Shown here in pieces: positions 1 to 8,003 of a stretch of 52,756 nt of DNA (position 1 is the first letter of the stretch; each line of letters starts with the position of its first letter). Where the stretch lies: positions 1 through 52,756 of the IMG/VR virus record IMGVR_UViG_3300018063_000016; one strand, 5' to 3'. This DNA comes from a virus. Taxonomy: Duplodnaviria; Caudoviricetes. Both the position numbers and the translations under genes were made by a program. The notes beneath the pieces were generated by a model. The model saw only the letters and a program-made list of their open reading frames with translations. It had not been told where the DNA came from and ran no database searches.

Positions 1-5
1 CGCCA

Positions 6-227
6 TTGCAACCCGTTGAATCTGATTTCAACGCCAGGCGCCCTTTGAAAGCACCTGCGTTGAAACGTCAGCAGCCCTGCGCCAGCTGCGCCGCGCGTCG
101 CGCAGCCTTCCTCGAGCGCCTGCACCGCGTCGTGCACGCAGTGCGCCACGCGCCAACGAGGGACCCCGGCCAGCCCGCGCGCCTGATCCCCTCACCCCCA
201 CCCACAACGAAAGGACCCACCCCATGA
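6..227 (+). CDS. hypothetical protein (start uncertain, may extend beyond window)
   Basis: ORF with CxxC; stop overlaps the next ATG (ATGA). Confidence 0.35.
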   Translation: MQPVESDFNARRPLKAPALKRQQPCASCAARRAAFLERLHRVVHAVRHAPTRDPGQPARLIPSPPPTTKGPTP

Positions 228-499
228 GCAAACCCACCCCGGCGCAAGCCTTCGACCGCATCGCCGAGCTCGAATACCGCAAGCGCTGGCTCACCACCGG
301 CGAGTGCATCGTGCTGCGCGAGGAATGGTTTGAAGGCGGCCAGTTCGTGCGCGCCGTCGAGCACAACTACCTCGAAGACACCAAGCCGGCGCCCGAGCCG
401 AAGCCCGATCTGCAGACGATCAGCGCGGCCGACGTCGCCAGCGTCGAAGCCGTGCTCGGCGGCGCAGCTGCGAAGGGCCAGGCCGGCAAGCTCGGCTGA
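224..499 (+). CDS. hypothetical phage protein
   Basis: AAGGA SD, GC3-rich codons. Confidence 0.75.
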   Translation: MSKPTPAQAFDRIAELEYRKRWLTTGECIVLREEWFEGGQFVRAVEHNYLEDTKPAPEPKPDLQTISAADVASVEAVLGGAAAKGQAGKLG

Positions 500-531
500 T
501 CCAACCACAACGAACGCGAAAACCCCAAACC

Positions 532-849
532 ATGTACCCACACCCAGTCACGCAGACCGCGCCGCGCAACGTCACGCGCAACGAAGACGAGCCGGTGCGC
601 CCCGTCAGTGAAGTCGATCGCGAGTTCGCCCGCCTGCAGGACACGCAGGAGCGCGCGAGCAACCTGCTCGACACGCTCCTCAGCCGCCTGACGCCGGTGC
701 TGGCCGACAGCTCGAGCGGCGAGACACGCGCGAAGGCCCCCGAGGAGGTTTGCAAAAGCCCGGTCGCGATGAACCTGCGCACCGCCTCGCACCGCACCGA
801 GGCGATGGTGGGCGCGCTCGAGTACCTGCACAACTCGCTATGCGTGTGA
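532..849 (+). CDS. hypothetical phage protein (helical)
   Basis: ATG after A/C-rich leader, GC3-rich codons. Confidence 0.7.
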   Translation: MYPHPVTQTAPRNVTRNEDEPVRPVSEVDREFARLQDTQERASNLLDTLLSRLTPVLADSSSGETRAKAPEEVCKSPVAMNLRTASHRTEAMVGALEYLHNSLCV

Positions 850-970
850 CATGGCCTTCGGCGACCACCGACTGCGCTGCCCGTGCGGCGCATGCCGCAG
901 GCGCAAGTACTCGCGCGCAACAGCCGCTCAGAAGCTGCGCGCGCGCATCACCCCACAAGGAACAGACCCC

Positions 971-1351
971 ATGACCATGATCGCCCCGAGCGGGCAGGAC
1001 AAGCCCGAGGTTGAGCTCAACGACGAGGAGCTCGCGCAGATGCTCGACTCGCCCGTCGCGAAGATGCAGCCGCTGATCTACACGAGCAAAGGCAACTTGC
1101 CGATCTGCATCCTGCAGCACCGCTACGGATGGCTCGTGACCGAGGACCAAACGACGTTCATCGAGCAGTACCTGCTGCGCGGGGAAATCGTCAAGCAGTC
1201 GGTGCACGTGTACCGCACGAACCAGGGCGTCGAACTGCAGGGTGTCGCGATGGCGCTCGCCGGCGGGGCACCAGCGCCAGCGCCCGAGCAAACCGAAGAA
1301 ACGCTCGCACTCGAGCCCGAGAAGCTACCGATACCGGAGATGAACGGCTGA
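971..1351 (+). CDS. hypothetical phage protein (ORF also open from ATG 851)
   Basis: CACAAGGA SD before ATG 971; LIYTSKGNLP motif resembles small phage proteins. Confidence 0.7.
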   Translation: MTMIAPSGQDKPEVELNDEELAQMLDSPVAKMQPLIYTSKGNLPICILQHRYGWLVTEDQTTFIEQYLLRGEIVKQSVHVYRTNQGVELQGVAMALAGGAPAPAPEQTEETLALEPEKLPIPEMNG

Positions 1352-1419
1352 CCTTTTCAGCACCGGGCAGTGAGGGCTGCCCGCAAAGAACTCTTTACTG
1401 CCTTGGGAGGGGCAAACAA

Positions 1420-1875
1420 ATGGCAAACACACAAGCGATGTGCACCAGCTTCAAGAAGGAGCTGATGCTCGCGATGCACGCGATCGGTACCACGGTCACG
1501 CGGGGAGCGACGACCAAGGACACCATCAAGGCGGCGCTGTACCTGGCCAGCGCGACCAAGGACGCGGGCACCACGGTCTACAACACGACCGGCGAAGTCA
1601 GCGGGACGAACTACACCGCCGGCGGGATCACGGTCACCAATGCGACCGAGCCCACTTCGTCGGGCACCACCGCGTACTGGACGCCGAGCGCCTCGTTCGC
1701 GTGGACCACCGTGACGCTGGCCACCGCGTTCGACTGCGTGCTCACCTACAACTCGACGCAGGCGGACAAGGCGATCAGCGTGCACACGTTCGGCTCGCAG
1801 ACGGTGACGGCGGGCAACTTCACGTTGACCATGCCCACCAACGACAGTTCGACCGCGCTGCTGCGCCTGGCGTGA
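1420..1875 (+). CDS. virion structural protein (MANTQAMCTSFK-type, tail/fibre associated)
   Basis: GGGAGG SD; Thr/Gly-rich beta protein with KAALY..GEVSGTNYTAGG typical of phage tail-associated proteins. Confidence 0.75.
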   Translation: MANTQAMCTSFKKELMLAMHAIGTTVTRGATTKDTIKAALYLASATKDAGTTVYNTTGEVSGTNYTAGGITVTNATEPTSSGTTAYWTPSASFAWTTVTLATAFDCVLTYNSTQADKAISVHTFGSQTVTAGNFTLTMPTNDSSTALLRLA

Positions 1876-3005
1876 TGCACACGCACAGTGACCGCCTCGA
1901 GCGCTGGCTCGGGGCCGATGCCGTTGCACGCGTCTCGGTTGCCATGCGCGATTGGTACGGGCCGCCCGTTGCGCTGCAGGGCGTGCCCGGGCGCGTGTAC
2001 GCCGCCCGCGGCGGGGACTTCCTGGGCCCGATCGAGGCCGGGCAGGAGATGAGCGCGCTCGACCGCGCCGACGCCATCTGGACGCGCGAGCGCGCCGCAG
2101 CCCGCCGGCGCATGTTCCTGCGCTCGAGCCGCAGCCGTCGCCAAGCCGGCATGGCCGGGTTCACGTCGCTATCGGACCTGATCGCGGAGGCGACCGCGGG
2201 CAAGAAGCGCGATTTCCTGTTCCAGAAGGTAGGCACCACGGGAGTCGCCAACGCCACCAACAGCCTATGGCGCGTGGGCAACCAGCCCGCAGCGGGAGCG
2301 GCAGCCAGCGCAGCGCCGGGTGGCCTTGCGCCAACCGACGCAACCACGGGCGCGTTCCTGTTCGGCAACCCCACGGGCGGGGACACGCAGCACTTCACGG
2401 TGGGCTACGCGCAGGCCAGCGTGGCCGCCAACACGCTGCTGCTGTACGACCGCATTTTCGGGGTCGCCAAGACCATGGCGAGCACGGCCACCGAAGCGGT
2501 GACGGGTGTTCCCAGTCGGTACCAAAGCACCACAGCGAGCGATGCGGACTACGCCGGCGGGAACTTCCTTTTCGTCGAGTGCGGATCGGCGCTGCCAGCG
2601 ACCGCACACAACTGGACCGTGTGCCAGTACACCGATCAGGACGGCAACACCGGCGCCACGCTGCCCTCGCTCACCGGCAACGCCAGCAACATCATCAACC
2701 GCCTGGACCACCCCGCGGCACAGTGGTTCGCGCCCCTCGCATCGGGCGACACCGGCATCAAAGCGCTGACGCAGATGCAGTGCAGCGCCTCGGTTGCCAG
2801 CGGCACGATTGACTTCGTGATCGGCCACCCGATTGCGTGGATGCCGTGCGTGCTCGCCAACATGGTGTGCGTGGCCGATGGCATCAACACCGCGTTCAAC
2901 CTCGTGCGCATCTTCGACGACGCCGCCCTGGCGTTCCTCGAGGTCACGAAGCCCGCGACAACCGCGACCACCTACAGCGGCATGTTCAGCAGCGTGGCGG
3001 GCTAA
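1875..3005 (+). CDS. putative tail/receptor-binding-associated protein, paralog 1
   Basis: TGATG coupling at 1873-1877; LLLYDR, YTDQDGN, PLASGDTG motifs; paralogous to 3011-4132. Confidence 0.75.
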   Translation: MHTHSDRLERWLGADAVARVSVAMRDWYGPPVALQGVPGRVYAARGGDFLGPIEAGQEMSALDRADAIWTRERAAARRRMFLRSSRSRRQAGMAGFTSLSDLIAEATAGKKRDFLFQKVGTTGVANATNSLWRVGNQPAAGAAASAAPGGLAPTDATTGAFLFGNPTGGDTQHFTVGYAQASVAANTLLLYDRIFGVAKTMASTATEAVTGVPSRYQSTTASDADYAGGNFLFVECGSALPATAHNWTVCQYTDQDGNTGATLPSLTGNASNIINRLDHPAAQWFAPLASGDTGIKALTQMQCSASVASGTIDFVIGHPIAWMPCVLANMVCVADGINTAFNLVRIFDDAALAFLEVTKPATTATTYSGMFSSVAG

Positions 3006-3010
3006 AGCCG

Positions 3011-4132
3011 ATGCGCAGCACCCACAGCGACCATCTCGAGCGCTGGCTCGGGACTGCGCAAGTCGCGGGCGTGAGCCGCTCGATGCGGGGCTGGTACGGG
3101 CCGCCGATCGCCGTGGGGGGCGTGCCCGGCGCCGTCTACGCAACCGCTGATGGCGACTTTGTCGGGCGCTGTGAGGCGGGGCAGTTCACGTCGGCGATGG
3201 ATCGCGTTGACGCCTACCTGGCCCGCATGCGCCGCGAGGAACAGCGCCGCGTGCTCATGCGTCGCGGGCGCAAGCAGCTCGGCATGGCGGGCTTCACGTC
3301 CCTGTCGGATCTCGTCACGCAGGGCCGCTCGGGCAACCGCACCGATCACTTGTTCTACAAAGCCACGCAGGGCAACGTCAGTTTGTTACATAGCCTGTGG
3401 GTCGACAGCGGCACGCCCGCGGCGGGCAGTGCCGGCGCAGCGGCCCCGGGCGGTACGGCCAACGATTCGAGCACCACCGGCGCGTTCCTGTTCCGCAACC
3501 CCCCGGGCGGGGACACGACGCACTTCGTTGAAAGCCTGGTGAGCTGCGCAGTGAACTTGAACACGCTGCTGCTGTACGACCGCATCTTCAGCGTCGCCAA
3601 GACGATGAGCAGCACCGCAACGGAAGCGGTGACGGGTGTTCCCACGCGGTACACGAGCACGACCCCAGGCGATCAGGACTACGCCGGCGGCAACTTCGTG
3701 TTCCCCGAGAACCGGGTGACCCTGGGCCCCACGGCGCACAACTGGACCGTGTGCCAGTACACCGATCAGGACGGCAACACGGGCGTGAACTTCCCGAGCG
3801 CAGCAGGCATAAGCGGCGGCGAGGCCGCCAGCACGATCGACCTCGGCCACTGGTTTATGCCGCTGGCAAGCGGCGACACCGGCGTGAAGGCGCTTACGCA
3901 GATGCAGTGCTCCGCGAGCGTCACGGGCACGCTGGACTTCGTCATCGGGCACCCGATCGGCTGGATGCCGTGCATCGTCGCGAACCTGATGTGTGCCTCG
4001 TCGGGGTTGCGCAGCGCTTTGTCGATGACGCGCATCTTCGATAACGCCTGCCTCGCGCTGCTCGAGCCGATGCAGCGGCAAAGCACCGCCTCGCCCAACT
4101 ACATGGGCTGCTTCACGACGGTGAGCGGCTGA
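3011..4132 (+). CDS. putative tail/receptor-binding-associated protein, paralog 2
   Basis: Full-length similarity to the upstream gene. Confidence 0.75.
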   Translation: MRSTHSDHLERWLGTAQVAGVSRSMRGWYGPPIAVGGVPGAVYATADGDFVGRCEAGQFTSAMDRVDAYLARMRREEQRRVLMRRGRKQLGMAGFTSLSDLVTQGRSGNRTDHLFYKATQGNVSLLHSLWVDSGTPAAGSAGAAAPGGTANDSSTTGAFLFRNPPGGDTTHFVESLVSCAVNLNTLLLYDRIFSVAKTMSSTATEAVTGVPTRYTSTTPGDQDYAGGNFVFPENRVTLGPTAHNWTVCQYTDQDGNTGVNFPSAAGISGGEAASTIDLGHWFMPLASGDTGVKALTQMQCSASVTGTLDFVIGHPIGWMPCIVANLMCASSGLRSALSMTRIFDNACLALLEPMQRQSTASPNYMGCFTTVSG

Positions 4133-5871
4133 TGGCGCACATTACCAACAACGGGTTCGTCGGCCGCTTCACGTACGCGCAGTGGCTGCGCGAGGACGAC
4201 GCGGGCCTGTCGCTGACGGACGGCGCGAACGTCACGATCGCGCTCACCGGGGTGTCGTCGACCACCGCGGCCGGCAGCGTCGCGGTCACGCACGACCAGG
4301 CGCTGACGGGTGCAGCCGCAACCGGCACCGTCGGCGACCTGACCGCCTCGCAGCCCACCACCGGGGTACAAGGCACTGCAGGGGTTGGAACAGTCGCCCC
4401 TGAATCGACGTTGCCCCTCACCGGCACGAGCTCGAGCAGCGCGCCCGGCACGGTCGGGCCCGACCTCACCATCGCGCTGACCGGGGTGGCAGCCACCGGC
4501 GCTGTCGGCGACGTGACCCCCGGGGCCATCACGTTGACGGGCGTGCAGGCGACGGGCGCCGCCGGCACCGTGGTCCCCGACCTGACCATCGCCCTGACCG
4601 GCGTGGCCAGCACCGCCGCGGCCGGATCTGTAACAGCCGACCTCGCAAAACCGTCTACAGGCGTCGCGGCCACCGGCGAGCCCGGTAGCACGGCCCCGTC
4701 GACGAGCGTGGCGCCTACCGGGGTTGCCGCCTCGGGATCGGCCGGGAACGTCGCTCCGGACCTGAGCGTCGCGATCGCCGGCGTGGTGACCACCACGGCG
4801 GTGGGCACCATCAGCCCCGAAGGCAGCAGCACGCAGGCCCTGACCGGCACGAGCTCGACCGGCTCGACCGGTACAGTTGCCCCCTCACGTGAGCAGCCGC
4901 TCACCGGCAACACCGCGACATCCGGGTTGAGCGCCCCGGGCGTCAGCATCGTTCTGTCACTCAGTGGTGTCCAAACCACAGCACAATCGGGCGACCTGGG
5001 CGTACAGCGCGACCAGGCGCTGGCCGGCAATGTGGCCAGCGGCAACGTGGGGGTGCCGGGTGTTCAGACGTCAGCACCGCTGACGGGTAACGTCGCGACT
5101 GGCGGCACCGGCGCCGTGACTGCAGGGTCGCCACTGACCGGGGCACAGTCCAACGGAGCGCCCGGCACCACCACTGCCAACATCACGATCGCCCTTTCGG
5201 GCGTTCAGGCTGCAGGCGAGGCAGGCGCGGTAAACGCCAGTCGCGACAAGGCTTTAGCGGGGGTTCAGGCGTCCGCGGTTCCAGGAACACTGACCGCAGC
5301 TCCGAGCCTCCCGCTCGCCGGCAATGTTGCCACCGGCAGCGTCGGCGCGGTCGACAAGAGCACGTCCGTTCCCCTGACCACCGCGTCCACGGTCGGCAGC
5401 GCGGGCAACATCGTCACCGGCAACGACCGGGCGGCCGAGCTTTCCAGTGTCACCACCGCGGGAGCGGTTGGCACTCCGACAGTGGATCGGTCGGTCCCGC
5501 TTTCGGGCGTTGCCACCACCGGCCAGGCCGGCACGCCGCAGGCCGGCACTTCCAAGGCGATCACCGGCGCGGATCCAGCCACGGGCGCCGTTGGGAACGT
5601 CACGCCGGCGCCGGCGGGCGTGCCCACGGGGGTGCAGTCCCTTGCATCCCCCGGACTCGTCGGCCCGAACATCGTCATCGCCCTGTCGGGCGTCGGCGCG
5701 ACCGTCACCGTCGGCGCGCTGGCCACCAACACGCAGACCGGCGACGCGCTCGAGCTGCGCGCGCTCGCCCTCACCGCATCCCCGCACCTGACCGCACTCG
5801 GCGCCCGAGTGCGGCCGCGCCTGGGTGCGTCCGACCTGACCGTCACCGAACACACCGAGGCGATCCCCTGA
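4132..5871 (+). CDS. Thr/Gly/Ala repeat-rich fibre-like virion protein
   Basis: TGATG coupling; many ~20-aa LTGVxATGxxGxV repeats. Confidence 0.75.
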   Translation: MAHITNNGFVGRFTYAQWLREDDAGLSLTDGANVTIALTGVSSTTAAGSVAVTHDQALTGAAATGTVGDLTASQPTTGVQGTAGVGTVAPESTLPLTGTSSSSAPGTVGPDLTIALTGVAATGAVGDVTPGAITLTGVQATGAAGTVVPDLTIALTGVASTAAAGSVTADLAKPSTGVAATGEPGSTAPSTSVAPTGVAASGSAGNVAPDLSVAIAGVVTTTAVGTISPEGSSTQALTGTSSTGSTGTVAPSREQPLTGNTATSGLSAPGVSIVLSLSGVQTTAQSGDLGVQRDQALAGNVASGNVGVPGVQTSAPLTGNVATGGTGAVTAGSPLTGAQSNGAPGTTTANITIALSGVQAAGEAGAVNASRDKALAGVQASAVPGTLTAAPSLPLAGNVATGSVGAVDKSTSVPLTTASTVGSAGNIVTGNDRAAELSSVTTAGAVGTPTVDRSVPLSGVATTGQAGTPQAGTSKAITGADPATGAVGNVTPAPAGVPTGVQSLASPGLVGPNIVIALSGVGATVTVGALATNTQTGDALELRALALTASPHLTALGARVRPRLGASDLTVTEHTEAIP

Positions 5872-5872
5872 C

Positions 5873-6196
5873 ATGGACATCCAGCCCATTTACCGCGGCA
5901 GCGACAACGACCTCGACCTCGAGACGCTGATCGACAACACCACGGGCGCGGTCATCAACGACGCCACCGTCACCGTCACCGTCAAGGACGCAGGTACCGG
6001 CGTGGCCGTCGCCGGCGAGACCTGGCCAAAGACCATGGCCTACGTCAGCAGCACCAACGGGGTGTACCGCGCGACGCTGCCCTACACCCTCGTGCTGACC
6101 AGCAACCAGCGCCTCGTGGCCGAGATCCTCGCGATCAAGTCGGGCTTCAGGGCGTTCTGGAAGAAGGACCTCGTCGCGAAGGACCGCAGGCAATGA
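5873..6196 (+). CDS. small beta-sandwich (BppU/Ig-like) virion protein
   Basis: IYRGSD..INDATVTVTV..GVYRATLP pattern. Confidence 0.65.
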   Translation: MDIQPIYRGSDNDLDLETLIDNTTGAVINDATVTVTVKDAGTGVAVAGETWPKTMAYVSSTNGVYRATLPYTLVLTSNQRLVAEILAIKSGFRAFWKKDLVAKDRRQ

Positions 6197-6240
6197 CCGC
6201 GCTCCCCGAGTACGCCGACCTCGACGGACACCCCGAATGA
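6193..6240 (+). CDS. 15-aa mini-ORF (MTALPEYADLDGHPE)
   Basis: ATGA overlaps at both ends, GC3-rich codons. Confidence 0.4.
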   Translation: MTALPEYADLDGHPE

Positions 6241-6848
6241 GCTTCGACATCCAGAACGCGCAGCAGGTACCGCCGCACGTGATCGACGCGGCCATCCGGC
6301 ACGTGCTCGACAAGGGCGAGCGAGCGCAGTGCATCCAGAAGGTATGGGCGCAGCCCGATCGCGACTGGCTCGAAGTCGTGCGCGTCGACGGCACGCGCAA
6401 GACGTACCCGTTCCCGTTCAAGGCCGCCGCGCTCAGCGGCTTCACCACGCAGGACCTGCACGCGATCAGTGAATACGCGCGTCGGCACGACATCGACGCG
6501 CCCTACTACGCACCGGGTATGCGCCCCGTGTTCCCGATGGAGACCGTGCTGCTGCTGAACGGCATCGTGATCCACCCAACCACCAACGAGGAGACACCCC
6601 CCATGCTGAACATCACCACGCCGCACGTCGGCGACGCCGTTTGGTTCTACGAGGGACCGACGCAGGCCGTGCCGCTCGCGGCCATCGTCACGTACGTGCA
6701 CGCATCGCCCGGGCAGGCGTCGCCCGAGACGTGCGTCAACCTGCAGGTGTTCGAGCCGCACAGCGCCCGGACCACACTCCAACCCTCGGTGCAGCACGGC
6801 GACGAGAAGACCGGCGGCAGGCACTACCGCTGGCCGAGCGAGGCCTGA
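6237..6848 (+). CDS. hypothetical protein with probable in-frame second start at 6603
   Basis: GAGGAG SD before ATG 6603; C-terminal PHVGDAVWF..PLAAIVT..VNLQVF resembles a small phage protein family. Confidence 0.65.
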   Translation: MSFDIQNAQQVPPHVIDAAIRHVLDKGERAQCIQKVWAQPDRDWLEVVRVDGTRKTYPFPFKAAALSGFTTQDLHAISEYARRHDIDAPYYAPGMRPVFPMETVLLLNGIVIHPTTNEETPPMLNITTPHVGDAVWFYEGPTQAVPLAAIVTYVHASPGQASPETCVNLQVFEPHSARTTLQPSVQHGDEKTGGRHYRWPSEA

Positions 6849-6849
6849 C

Positions 6850-7218
6850 ATGGCCGACCTCACCGAACAGCAGGAGGACGTGATCCTCGAGCAAGCGGAG
6901 AACATCCGCAACGCACGCGCCAACCGGGCCCGCGAAGCCGAGCGCAAGGTCGACGCGCGCCTCGTCGGCGGCCCCGGGTTCACGCCCGCGGAGCTCGTCT
7001 ACGCGTCGCACACGCGCTGCCGCTGCGGCGCTGGCATGGCCTACCCCAAGGGGATCGGCGGGCGCGGCATGTGGCAGTGCTCGTCCGTGCTCGAGCGCAG
7101 CCCGTCCGAGCGCGCCGCGAAGGGCCGCGACCTGCACACTGAGGCGATGCCCTTCGTGTTCTGGAGCGTGCACGCCGAGCGCAACGACGGCACCGGGCCG
7201 ACGACCAGGCCGGCATAA
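6850..7218 (+). CDS. hypothetical protein (Cys-containing, possibly Zn-binding)
   Basis: GAGG SD; CRCG..WQC. Confidence 0.7.
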   Translation: MADLTEQQEDVILEQAENIRNARANRAREAERKVDARLVGGPGFTPAELVYASHTRCRCGAGMAYPKGIGGRGMWQCSSVLERSPSERAAKGRDLHTEAMPFVFWSVHAERNDGTGPTTRPA

Positions 7219-7307
7219 CGAAAAAAGGGGCGGAAATTCACCCGGCAATTGCAGCGAATTAAAAGCCGAATTTCCGCAGACGAAGTGGTGTAGAGGGGAG
7301 GGCCCGA

Positions 7308-8003
7308 ATGGGTCAACGGGGACAAAAACCGGCTGCGTCAAAGCGACGCAGTGCTGCGTCCAAGACACGCAGTGCTGCGCCGGCGCAGCCGCGCAAGCCG
7401 CGCAAGGCCGCGCAGGCCTACGACTGGGCGCGCATCGAGGCGGACTACCGCGCGGGGCTGACCAAGTCCCAGTGCGCGCGCAAGCACGGCTGCACCCCCC
7501 AGGCCGTGAGCCAGCGCGCGCAGGCCGGCGCCTGGCAGCAAGACCTCACGGGCCAAGTACGCGCCGCCACCAAGGCCGCGCTGATCGCCGATGCGGTGCA
7601 GGCCGGCGTGAGCGCGACCACCGACGCCGTCGTGGCCGCGGCCGAGGCGAACAAGTCCGTCGTGCTCGCGCACCGCTCGGACATCCGCGACGTGCGCGGC
7701 GTGGCCTTCGACATGCTCGGCGAGCTGCACGCGACGACGCACAACCGCACCGACCTCGAGGCGGTGTTCAAGCTCGTGTACGAGGACACCGAGCCGCTGC
7801 AGCGCGCATCCGTGCGCGAGGCCTTCAAGCAGCTCACGGGGTTGCACAAGCGCGTCGCCTCCGTCACGCGCCTGGCCGCAACCGTGGCCACCCTGCAGCG
7901 CCTGGAGCGCGCCGCGTTCGGGCTCGACAAGGACGACGAGCGCGAACAGGGCGAGTACGAGAAGCGCCTGCGCGAGCTCTACGACGAGGAAGTCGACGAG
8001 TGA
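7308..8003 (+). CDS. terS: terminase small subunit
   Basis: YDWARIEADYRAG HTH-type N-terminus, GGAGGG SD, directly upstream of terL with GTGA overlap. Confidence 0.8.
   Translation: MGQRGQKPAASKRRSAASKTRSAAPAQPRKPRKAAQAYDWARIEADYRAGLTKSQCARKHGCTPQAVSQRAQAGAWQQDLTGQVRAATKAALIADAVQAGVSATTDAVVAAAEANKSVVLAHRSDIRDVRGVAFDMLGELHATTHNRTDLEAVFKLVYEDTEPLQRASVREAFKQLTGLHKRVASVTRLAATVATLQRLERAAFGLDKDDEREQGEYEKRLRELYDEEVDE

Noticed and set aside
1875-4132. Diversity-generating retroelement (TR/VR) explanation for the paralog pair
   Set aside because: Differences are not adenine-specific, both copies are full genes, and no reverse transcriptase is present in the window
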